Shown here piece by piece: positions 19,151 through 28,300 of a stretch of DNA of 59,577 nt. The notes below the pieces were generated by a model. The model had not been told where the DNA came from. It saw only the letters and a list, made by a program, of their open reading frames with translations, and ran no database searches. The DNA comes from an uncultured bacterium (GTDB taxonomy: Bacteria; Hydrothermota; Hydrothermia; B15-G9; WFZT01): NCBI GenBank assembly GCA_964398355.1, contig CAYNMM010000120.1, forward strand, positions 1-59,577, read 5' to 3'. A program made the position numbers and the translations under genes. Numbering within the stretch: the first letter of the stretch is position 1; each line of letters starts with the position of its first letter.

Positions 19151-20683
19151 ATGAAGAAGTTGTCAGTACTGCTTGCACTGTTCTTTGCAGGAACAGTGGC
19201 AGCTAAAACATTGGTGGTCGGACTTTCGTCCGAGCCAAGATCCGGCGATCCCTTCGCCTTTAATGAAACCCCGACCAACTCCTTCAATTACAATATCTAC
19301 GATGCTCTCGTGATGCTTGATGCACATCTTAGAGTCAAACCAGGTCTTGCTACATCCTGGGAGATCAAAGATCCCCGCACCATTGTCTTTCACCTCAGAA
19401 AAGGCGTTAAATTCCACGACGGGACACCTTTCGATGCCTATGATGTTAAATACACAGTCGACAGAGCTAAAAATTGGGAAAAATCTCAGTTCAAGGTTTA
19501 CTTCAAGCCGATCAAAGATGTCATCATCAAAGATAAATACACTGTGATTTTCAAACTAAGCAGACCCGCCCCCGTACTCATCAGAGATTTAAGAAGATTG
19601 AGGATTATGTCAAAAGAGTCCACGGAAGGAAAATCCCCCGATTACATAGCATTCCATCCAATGGGTACAGGCCCATACAAGTTCAAAGAATGGGTAAAAG
19701 GAGATCACATCACTCTTGTTGCTAACAAAGATTATTGGGGGCCCAAACCTTACTTTGATAAGGTTATTCTCAGACCATTAACAAATGATGCTGCAAGAAC
19801 AGCCGCTCTACTTTCGGGCGCCGTTGATGTAATCGAAGACGTGCCTCTCACAGATGCAGAAAGAATTGCCAAGAACCCCAAATTCTCATTCTTCAAAACC
19901 GACGGACTCCGACTCATCTTTGTGGGTGTTGATGTTGCAAGAGACAAGATCTTCAAAGGCAAAACTCCTCACGGTGAAAATCCGTTCAAAGACGTTAGAG
20001 TTAGAAAGGCGTTTTACTACGGAATCGATGTAAATGGGATTATCAAATATATCAACCGTGGCTATAATTCTCCGGCAAGTCAATATTTCCCAAGCACTGT
20101 ATTTGGTTATGATCCGACTATCAAGAGAGCACCTTATGATCCGGAAAAGGCGAAAGAACTCCTGAAGGAAGCTGGATATCCTAATGGCTTTGAAGTTACA
20201 CTTGATGCACCAAATGATAGATACATTAATGATGAAAAAGTTGCAGCCGCTATAGCAGCAGATCTCGCAAAAATAGGGATTAAGGTTAAAGTTAACGCAA
20301 TTCCAAAGGCCGTATTCTTCCCTATGGTAAACAGCAACAAGACCAGCTTCTTCCTTCTCGGATGGTCCTGCTCTTCAGCTGATGGTGCAGCTTTCTTTGA
20401 CAATATCCTTCACACAAGGGATAAAGAGAAGGGATACGGAAGATTCAATGATGCTGGCTACTCAAATCCGACAGTTGATAAACTGATTGAAGAGCAGGAT
20501 ACCTTAATGAATCAGGCAAAGAGAGAAAAAATCATGCACAAAATCACAAGACTGGCTCTCAAAGATATGGCCTATATACCGCTTTATTACTATGTGAACC
20601 TGTTTGCGGCGAAAAAAGGAATTGTGTTCACTCCAAGAGCCGACCACGTGATGTATTACAGAGATTTCAGAGAAGTGAAGTAA
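19151..20683 (+). CDS. Peptide ABC substrate-binding protein (family 5)
   Basis: Signal peptide, LRKGVKFHDG, GTGPYKF; SD AGGAGG. Confidence 0.93.
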   Translation: MKKLSVLLALFFAGTVAAKTLVVGLSSEPRSGDPFAFNETPTNSFNYNIYDALVMLDAHLRVKPGLATSWEIKDPRTIVFHLRKGVKFHDGTPFDAYDVKYTVDRAKNWEKSQFKVYFKPIKDVIIKDKYTVIFKLSRPAPVLIRDLRRLRIMSKESTEGKSPDYIAFHPMGTGPYKFKEWVKGDHITLVANKDYWGPKPYFDKVILRPLTNDAARTAALLSGAVDVIEDVPLTDAERIAKNPKFSFFKTDGLRLIFVGVDVARDKIFKGKTPHGENPFKDVRVRKAFYYGIDVNGIIKYINRGYNSPASQYFPSTVFGYDPTIKRAPYDPEKAKELLKEAGYPNGFEVTLDAPNDRYINDEKVAAAIAADLAKIGIKVKVNAIPKAVFFPMVNSNKTSFFLLGWSCSSADGAAFFDNILHTRDKEKGYGRFNDAGYSNPTVDKLIEEQDTLMNQAKREKIMHKITRLALKDMAYIPLYYYVNLFAAKKGIVFTPRADHVMYYRDFREVK

Positions 20684-20690
20684 GGAATTT

Positions 20691-20721
20691 TTCAGGGCGC
20701 CCCCTTCGGGGGCGCCCTGAA
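20691..20721. terminator. GC hairpin after the peptide ABC operon
   Basis: ttcagggcgccccc-ttc-gggggcgccctgaa. Confidence 0.7.
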
Positions 20722-21029
20722 TCTTATAAATAAAATCTGCTGGACTAATAACTAATTATCAGATTAAAAAAATCTCCTAAATTACCCAACCAACATAGTA
20801 TTTCACACCTAAAAAAGACAAAAAGGGCCAATTCCACTCATAAAATTCAAGCAACACGTATCTCTGAGCAATCGAAAACTCAATACTTAAATTACCATTA
20901 AAATCCTTCAAATATAAAACACTGCGAAAATTAAGAAATCCATCCACCCACTTTTCCATCCATATTCTAAAACCCTCTTGACTAAGGGGATTGACAAAGT
21001 TTATTTGCACTTTTATTTATAATAACGCT

Positions 21030-21893
21030 ATGGAAAACATTATAAAGGAAAGCGTAAAAAATTTGAGTGAGGTGGGAAAAGAAGCCCCAAGATTGGAAGG
21101 AGTACCTTCTGGAGTTGAGGGGCTTGATGATCTATTTTTCACGTCTACGATTGAGAACGGAAAGGTAAAAAAGAGATCACTGGGAGGGATTCCACGCTAT
21201 GCTGTTGTAAATCTAACGGGAATATCGGATACTGGAAAATCTCTTATGGTTGAACAATTTGCCGTCAAACAAGCATCACTTGGCAAACGAGTTGCCTTTA
21301 TTACAGTTGAGACTCCAGCAACGTTTCTCTCTATTGGTCTTAAAGAGCGGGCCAAGGCAATGGGGATAGAAGATACAAAATCTGTAGAGGACAACATTTA
21401 TATAATTGATGCAGCAAGTTATGGCGCTCTGCGCGAAGATATAAAGGTTTTACTTGATACTCTTGCTTACACTATAAAAACCTATAAAATCAAATACACA
21501 GTGATTGACTCGGTTACCGGATTATACGAAGCAAAGGAGATGCTCGCACGAACTTTTGTACGACAGATATTCAATTTCCTGAAAAAATGGTACCAAACAG
21601 CCCTTCTCGTATCTCAAAAACGGTCCGGCCATGAAGAATTCTCCGCTGAAGCGGCTGGTGGTTACGCAGTCTCACACATTGTAGATTGTACATTGGTACT
21701 AACCAAGAAAATGATTCAGAGCCAGTATGATGAGAGACTTTATAAACGCCCCATAGGTGAAATGATCCGATTCTTCCGAATAGATGGATGCCGAATGTGT
21801 GGTCACGACACCGATACACATGTAATGGAAATAACCGAAGGTGGACTTGTAAAAATAGGTCCAAGACTCAAGGATCTTTTGAGAAAAACTTGA
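21030..21893 (+). CDS. Single-domain KaiC/RecA-like ATPase, thermophile AF_0795-type family (start revised to ATG 21030)
   Basis: PSGVEGLD, variant Walker A GISDTGKS, VIDS, SQKRSGHEE, AEAAGGYAVSHIVD, RIDGCRMCGH. Confidence 0.85.
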   Translation: MENIIKESVKNLSEVGKEAPRLEGVPSGVEGLDDLFFTSTIENGKVKKRSLGGIPRYAVVNLTGISDTGKSLMVEQFAVKQASLGKRVAFITVETPATFLSIGLKERAKAMGIEDTKSVEDNIYIIDAASYGALREDIKVLLDTLAYTIKTYKIKYTVIDSVTGLYEAKEMLARTFVRQIFNFLKKWYQTALLVSQKRSGHEEFSAEAAGGYAVSHIVDCTLVLTKKMIQSQYDERLYKRPIGEMIRFFRIDGCRMCGHDTDTHVMEITEGGLVKIGPRLKDLLRKT

Positions 21894-21909
21894 AAAAGGA
21901 GGTGAGACA

Positions 21910-22524
21910 ATGCCAGTTCTTCAACCGGATGAAATCAAAACTTATGATATTGACACTCTTGCCATTAGAGTTTTTTTAAAAGCACTCGAAATCCTTGGTG
22001 GTCCGAGAAAGCTTATCGAACTTAGAAATTTAACCTGGATCACTTCCTTAATGGAAGCCTCTTATGCCATCGTACTCTCGGAGGAATCTTTTAAAACGGA
22101 GGATGAAATTGCCTCTTTCCTGGGATTAACAAGACAAACTGTCAGAAATATTTTACGTGCGGATCCCGACCTTGTAATGGCAAAAATAGAGGGAGAGTTA
22201 AAGGAAAAGACTCCAAAAGCCCATACGGCGGGTGGACTTGCAAAAATCGCATACCGAGAAATTAAAGAAGGAAGAGATAATCTCAATATTTTCATATTCG
22301 CACTTCAAAGTGCCTCTGAAACACTTGGAATTTACTGGCCAATTGAGGTTCTTAAACGTATCAAGGGGCTTAACTTTCCTGTCGATAAGGATACCCTTAT
22401 GGAAAGGCTCTCTGGACTTAAAATCAAAGACAACCCTGCTGAGCAGATTCTGGAAAACCTTAGATATCCGGTTAAAAGTCCCAGTGATCTGCTTCACCAG
22501 ATTAGGGAGAATCTGGAGCAATAG
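21910..22524 (+). CDS. KaiC-associated HTH regulator with a C-terminal DUF2795-like segment
   Basis: LGGPRKLIE, HTH-like KTEDEIASFLGLTRQTVRNIL, AHTAGGLAK; C-terminal GLNFPVDKDTLME...SPSDLL. Confidence 0.7.
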   Translation: MPVLQPDEIKTYDIDTLAIRVFLKALEILGGPRKLIELRNLTWITSLMEASYAIVLSEESFKTEDEIASFLGLTRQTVRNILRADPDLVMAKIEGELKEKTPKAHTAGGLAKIAYREIKEGRDNLNIFIFALQSASETLGIYWPIEVLKRIKGLNFPVDKDTLMERLSGLKIKDNPAEQILENLRYPVKSPSDLLHQIRENLEQ

Positions 22525-22525
22525 A

Positions 22526-22560
22526 CAGGAGAGGGGAAAATTCCCCTCCCTGAATTTTTT
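22526..22560 (+). terminator. Internal hairpin plus T run between the HTH gene and DUF505
   Basis: caggagagggg-aaaatt-cccctccctg followed by aatttttt. Confidence 0.5.
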
Positions 22561-22575
22561 AAAAGGAGGTGAGTA

Positions 22576-24303
22576 ATGGTAATACTCAAAAGGCATGCAG
22601 AACTGTTGCTTAAAGCACGAGACGAAGGTGTAAAATTTGCTGATGTTCTTGGTGATGACATTCAGTATCTTGACCATCTTGACAAGATGGGATTAATAGA
22701 ACTCGATGATGAGGGAGTTTTTACGACAACTTACTCAGGCTCCCTCCTTGCGGAAACAATAGAAAGGGTGCCTGAGTTTGGTGGATTACCTCTCTCAGAC
22801 TGGAGTGATAATTTCAGATTCCTCGGATCTGAAATTATCACAATGCTTTACACATCGAAGTATGTACAGGGTAAAACCCACAAATCTTTCAATGACGAGC
22901 TTGAAAAGAGGGGATTTGCACTGAACGGGAATTTAACTCCTCTCGCTTACAATGTTATCGAACATTATGAGAAAGCACACCCAAAATTAACAATTTCAAA
23001 AGAACTTGCAGAAGCACTTCGTAAAATTCCTCCAGGACCAGGACTTACAAAGTTCCTCAAAATAGATAAGTTTCATCTTCTTGAACTGGAGTCGATGAGG
23101 CTGTTATCTTTTAGCATACCGAAAAGCGAAGTTTATTCTCTCTCAGGCCTCGGGCAACAAATAAGGGCAGCAATTATGACCAGCGCTCCGGCCTACGATG
23201 TTGTCATTGACGACAAGGTCTTAAAGCTCTTTTATGAAGGGAATTTTAAAGATTCCCCCATTTTTAACAAACTTGTCGCAATGGCTTTCATTTCTCCGGA
23301 GGGAAAGCTTCTCCAGGCGGGAAAACATCTTCTTTCCGCAGCAAAAATTTATTTCGAAGGTCCAATTACCGTCAATCCATCTCTACACCTTGACCTCTTT
23401 GATATCTATACACTCAAGGCAATTGCAGAACTCGAATCCGAGGGAGAAACTGAAATCAATGAAGAAAAGATTCGTTTGAAAGTCAAAAAGAAATTCGAGC
23501 TCGAAGAATTCAATCCAAAGTTATATCTCCACAGATTACTGGCCGTTAGACTGATCAATGTAAACTTTTCAGAGTCTTCTGCAATTTATAATTTAACAGA
23601 TTGGGGCAAAGAGGTTTACGAACATCAGAAATTATCTGAGAAATCTGTCCCTGCCCACGGAGTAAAATCTATAACATTGACAAGAATGGAGTTCACTGCA
23701 CCAGAATATCACTGGTTTATGGACGGAGAAAAAGCTGGACTTACGGGGAACGGATTTCCCTCAAAGGCTGGATTAACCTATGCAAAAATTGGGTCAAATG
23801 CGGAGAAAATTCCATTTGTCGAGAATGTAGAAATGAAGGCTCTAAGAATTTTGCCACTTTTCAATGGGAGCTATATCGACGAGCTTGAGAGATATTGGAA
23901 AGAGGACATTCCGTTGCTTGAAGTGCTCTCTTCTCTCGATGCGGATGGCATCGTGGATCTGTTGCCTGGAAATGCGGTTGTTCTCACTGAGGCAGGGAAA
24001 TTGATTAAAAGGGCACTTCAATCGGTTCCAGATTCCGTTCAATATCCCATTCATCCATTACTTGTAAAAATTCTTGCGAAGTTGAATGACGAAATACAAT
24101 CAGGTAATGATTTAAGCTCAGCATTAAAAAAGACGGAGAAATCTCTGGGAATTCCAGCAGACCTGTTTGAGGAGCTCATACTGTTTGCGAAGAGGGTGAA
24201 GTATATAGGAGCAAGGAACATAACTCCACATGGGAAATACATTGTTGAGGCATTCCAGAGATTAAGCGAGATCAGAAAAGTTTGGGAAGAGGTAATGGTT
24301 TAA
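22576..24303 (+). CDS. DUF505-like protein with repeated winged-helix-like units
   Basis: MVILKRH N-terminus, LESMRLL, PPGPG; repeated L..G...LT..G wing-like motifs. Confidence 0.65.
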   Translation: MVILKRHAELLLKARDEGVKFADVLGDDIQYLDHLDKMGLIELDDEGVFTTTYSGSLLAETIERVPEFGGLPLSDWSDNFRFLGSEIITMLYTSKYVQGKTHKSFNDELEKRGFALNGNLTPLAYNVIEHYEKAHPKLTISKELAEALRKIPPGPGLTKFLKIDKFHLLELESMRLLSFSIPKSEVYSLSGLGQQIRAAIMTSAPAYDVVIDDKVLKLFYEGNFKDSPIFNKLVAMAFISPEGKLLQAGKHLLSAAKIYFEGPITVNPSLHLDLFDIYTLKAIAELESEGETEINEEKIRLKVKKKFELEEFNPKLYLHRLLAVRLINVNFSESSAIYNLTDWGKEVYEHQKLSEKSVPAHGVKSITLTRMEFTAPEYHWFMDGEKAGLTGNGFPSKAGLTYAKIGSNAEKIPFVENVEMKALRILPLFNGSYIDELERYWKEDIPLLEVLSSLDADGIVDLLPGNAVVLTEAGKLIKRALQSVPDSVQYPIHPLLVKILAKLNDEIQSGNDLSSALKKTEKSLGIPADLFEELILFAKRVKYIGARNITPHGKYIVEAFQRLSEIRKVWEEVMV

Positions 24304-24308
24304 GGTTA

Positions 24309-24347
24309 TTGATGGGGCCGAAGGCCAAAGGCCTTCGGCCCCATCAA
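24309..24347. terminator. 18-bp-stem hairpin
   Basis: ttgatggggccgaaggcc-aaa-ggccttcggccccatcaa. Confidence 0.7.
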
Positions 24348-24383
24348 AATTAATTTTTAAAAAATCTAAACAGGAGGTAAGTT

Positions 24384-25241
24384 ATGTACGATCCTATCTC
24401 TTTATTATTTCTAATCCTATTTTTGTTCGGGTTAATTTATCCTCAGTTACAGCATAAGTTTCTTGTAGGAGGTAGACTATCACTCATAAAAAAACTCGAG
24501 AAGAAACGCGGTTCCCGTGTCATTACAATGATCCACAGACAGGAAAAAATCGGATTATTTGGAATACCTTTCTTCAGGTTCATTGATATCGAAGATTCTG
24601 AAGAAATATTAAGAGCTATCAGAATGACCCCGAAAGACGTACCCATTGACCTTGTCCTTCATACACCCGGTGGGCTCGTCCTCGCAGCAACACAGATAGC
24701 GAGGGCCCTCAAGGATCATCCAGCAAAAACTACCGTAATCGTTCCACACTACGCAATGAGTGGTGGTACGCTCATAGCCCTTGCAGCCGATGAAATAATA
24801 ATGGACCAGCATGCCGTTCTTGGCCCGGTCGATCCTCAGTTATCAGATTCACAGGGCGCAAGTGCCGTTCCTGCCGCATCGATAGTAAAAGTTGTTGAAG
24901 AAAAAGGGAAAGAAAACGTAGAAGATGATACCCTTATCAAGGCCGATGTGGCTAAAAAGGCCTTAGAACAGGTGAGAAATATTGTGTACAACTTGCTTGA
25001 AGGAAAACTCGATGAAGAAAAGAGGAAGGAAGTCGCAGATAAATTGTCACAGGGATACTATACTCATGACTATCCGATAACGGTTGAAGAAGCCCGCGCC
25101 ATGGGTTTAAAAGTTACAACAGAGGTTCCTCAGGAAGTCTATGATCTCATGAATCTCTATCCCCAGGCTCAGCATGGAAGACCTGGAGTGGAATTCATTC
25201 CTGTCCCCTATCATAGTCCCAAAGGTACCAACCACCAATAG
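24384..25241 (+). CDS. SDH-family ClpP-fold serine protease (DUF114), membrane anchored
   Basis: LHTPGG, AMSGGTLIALAAD, LGPVDPQ, THDYPI; N-terminal TM. Confidence 0.88.
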   Translation: MYDPISLLFLILFLFGLIYPQLQHKFLVGGRLSLIKKLEKKRGSRVITMIHRQEKIGLFGIPFFRFIDIEDSEEILRAIRMTPKDVPIDLVLHTPGGLVLAATQIARALKDHPAKTTVIVPHYAMSGGTLIALAADEIIMDQHAVLGPVDPQLSDSQGASAVPAASIVKVVEEKGKENVEDDTLIKADVAKKALEQVRNIVYNLLEGKLDEEKRKEVADKLSQGYYTHDYPITVEEARAMGLKVTTEVPQEVYDLMNLYPQAQHGRPGVEFIPVPYHSPKGTNHQ

Positions 25242-25243
25242 AT

Positions 25244-25293
25244 ATAAAGAAGTGGTGGGAGGGTTTTGGAAAAACCCTCCCACCACTTCTTTA
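25244..25293. terminator. Bidirectional hairpin between convergent genes
   Basis: ataaagaagtggtgggagggtttt-gg-aaaaccctcccaccacttctttat, 24-nt arms. Confidence 0.8.
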
Positions 25294-25307
25294 TCTTAAC
25301 GATTACC

Positions 25308-28300
25308 TCACTTCAGGATAATCATCTTCCTTGTTTTTACATTGTCATCTGTACGCAACTCATAAAAGTAGATTCCGCTCCTCAGATTGCTGGTTTTCAT
25401 AGTTATGCTATGTACACCTTTCGTCATAGTTCTATCTACCAGAGTGCGAACCACTCTTCCAGTAACATCATATAATGTCAGCTTAACCCTTTCAGTTTTA
25501 GGAATAACAAAAGAAATTGTGGTCCGATCCTTCACCGGATTTGGGGAGTTCTGGAATAGTTTGAAAGTATACTCGCCAGGAACGTTTCCTTCAGAAATTC
25601 CCACACCATAAGTTCCCACAATAGCTCTGATGAAGAAATCAACGGATAGTGCGTGCCATGTTCCATTTGCAAATCTGTAAGAGCTATTGAAATTACCTGG
25701 ATTATCAAGCAGGATCGCTGGTATCGTATCTCTGAATTCAACTCCTACATAGAATGGTGTGTTACCTGACACATAAAGATTCTCATTTCTTATATCAACA
25801 GCAGTCCACGCAAACGGATTATCAAGAGTATTAACAGGATAAATCTGGATCGGCTGGATTAACTCATTGCCAAGTGAATCCCAAACATGAACAGTCACTG
25901 TATCAAGTTGATGATTGTAATCGGTATAAAAATTGTAAAGAAGCGTTGTTACCCAGAGACTACCTGCAGGTGCATAATTGAATCTAACTGCAATAGAGTC
26001 ACCCGGATCAGGAAGAGTTATGTAACCAGGCATACCATCATCGCGGTAAAGAACCTTTCCAGCGATATGTTTGTAATGATCTGATTCAGCTCTATTTCCG
26101 AACATATCAATGGCCACGAAGTAATATTCAATAAATGTTCCAGGATCAAGTCCTCTGATGGTGTAATACCAGATGCCATTTACCGAGGAATCAGATACTG
26201 TAGTACTCCAGACACCATCAAGTGAATAGTAAAGTGTATCCATGGTAATATCTGAAGCGTCCATATATTTAACACTCAAAACCATGGAATCGATTACACT
26301 TGATGTGTCTGCAAGGGGTGTATGCACTATCATAGGTGGAGACGCATCTATGTAAGTGCCGATAATTTTCACATCATCAATAAACCAGCCATCCTCATTG
26401 TACGATGCATCGGAGACGAGTCTGAATCTTATTCTAACATCACTATTTCCACAGAAAGCTCCGAGATCGATATTTTCGAGGTTCCAGTGAGGCATTTCAC
26501 CGGTAAAAGATGCAACCGTTGTCCATGTGTTTCCACCGTCAACCGAAATGTCCACGTAACCATAGTCAAATCCTTGTTCTATCCAGTAAGCATCATAAAA
26601 TTGGAGATAGGCACCAATCACTCCGTTGCTCAAGTTTATTGGTTGTGTGAGATATGCTGTTAATGTGGTATCATCCGGATAATTCCCATTTGGACTATCT
26701 GTAAAAGAGAAGTTCCCAGAATGACTAACTGCACCTGTAACCTGCCAATCACCTGCCCAGTTATTTCCTCCATTTTCAAAATCATCTTCGAAAAGAAGAG
26801 TTCCATTTATCGTTCCAGGAGTCGGAGGCAAAGGTGAAAAGTCACAATTGTTACAATCAGTGTCAGTAGAATCAGGTATTCTCGCAAGTGAATACCCGGA
26901 CCATACATCAACAGCTGGTATGTTTTCACCATAGAAGTACCAGCCCGATGTGTCCTCAGGGCCATATCCCACTGCATCAAGAATCACTGTATCATTAGCC
27001 GTGATATAGGCAAGAACAACATTATCAGGTCCGTTTTGCCAGTTAACATTTGGATCAATTAGATCTGCGGAAATGATGGAAGAGTCCTGTGCAACAACAA
27101 AATAACCTGTGAAAGGAATGGTGTCACCAGAAAGGTCAATGGTAGCATAGATTTCTCCATTGCTTCCATTGATCCCGATAAGATACACATTATCAAGTGA
27201 TGTACCAGGAGCTCCTACGAGCTCTGTAAACGTGCCGTGGTCTGTTCCTGGAGAATCGTAATAGATTTCATTGATTTTTACATTCGGTATAGAAGGCGGC
27301 TGTGCTGTTAAATCCACAACATCGTTGGAATCTCTTGGCTCTATTTTGTAATTTCCATAGGTATAAGTGAGAGGACCTTGCACCATGTACGCGTGCCCGG
27401 AGTCCGGATTATAACTGTACCCCATATCATCTACTCTTATTGGACCTGAACCATCATCAATCTCCCATTCTCCATAACCGAGATCCGGATTGGTACAAAC
27501 TGCACTGTCAACCTTCACATAAACACCTTCCCACTGCTCATCTGATAAATCCCCTGTAGAGACAACTGCTGGTTGAATGACACGTCCAGTATCATCTATA
27601 TTAATTGAGGAAATGTTCTTTATCTCTGTAAGACCATAGTGCTCTGCAACCTCACCTACAATGGTTATGTCATAACCCCGACTAACGGTAGGCGTGGAAC
27701 CTGTATAGACAAATATACCATTCCACGGCAGGGCAACATCACCACTATCTCCTGTATCCTGCAAGAAAAATCCATAAGAGTATACTCCTGTCACAACTCC
27801 CCAGGTCATCACTTTCATACCAACCATTGGAGATGTATCGGCATGTCCCTGAATCTCCTCAATTGATGCCGGTACAAACGGCAAAATTTGCAAGATATTG
27901 ATCGTGTAAAACAAGTTCTGCGGAATAACAGCAAACGAGGTATCTGTATAAGACGAAAGGAATGCCCTCTGAGAAAAACTATCTGGAGCAACTATATCGT
28001 AAATATCCGGATCGAAAATATAACTGGAACCACCTCCACCATTAGTTGAAGACGCTAATGAATCGACTTCAGCATAGAACCCACCATTTGATACACCTGC
28101 ATAGATCGCTGTATACATAAACCATCCCTGCGGCTCAGGTAAGGAATCAAGAGAAATGCCAAATTCGATAATATCATTGGTATAGTTAAAAACAACTGTG
28201 TCTCCCGTATTGAATGTCTGACCAAGAGGATTCAATACACTTATATTCCCATTATTCAAAACTATCATTATGTTCCATTTCAACCCTGTAGCCACATCGG

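Noticed and set aside
20777-21010. 77-aa minus-strand ORF between dppA and the KaiC gene
   Set aside because: No convincing SD for an in-frame start, no motif, and it overlaps the KaiC promoter region. A 10-nt match (atccacccac) to the 53345 repeat junction is too short to call.
21030-21893. Circadian clock interpretation
   Set aside because: Single domain with a variant Walker A, and no kaiA or kaiB in the window.
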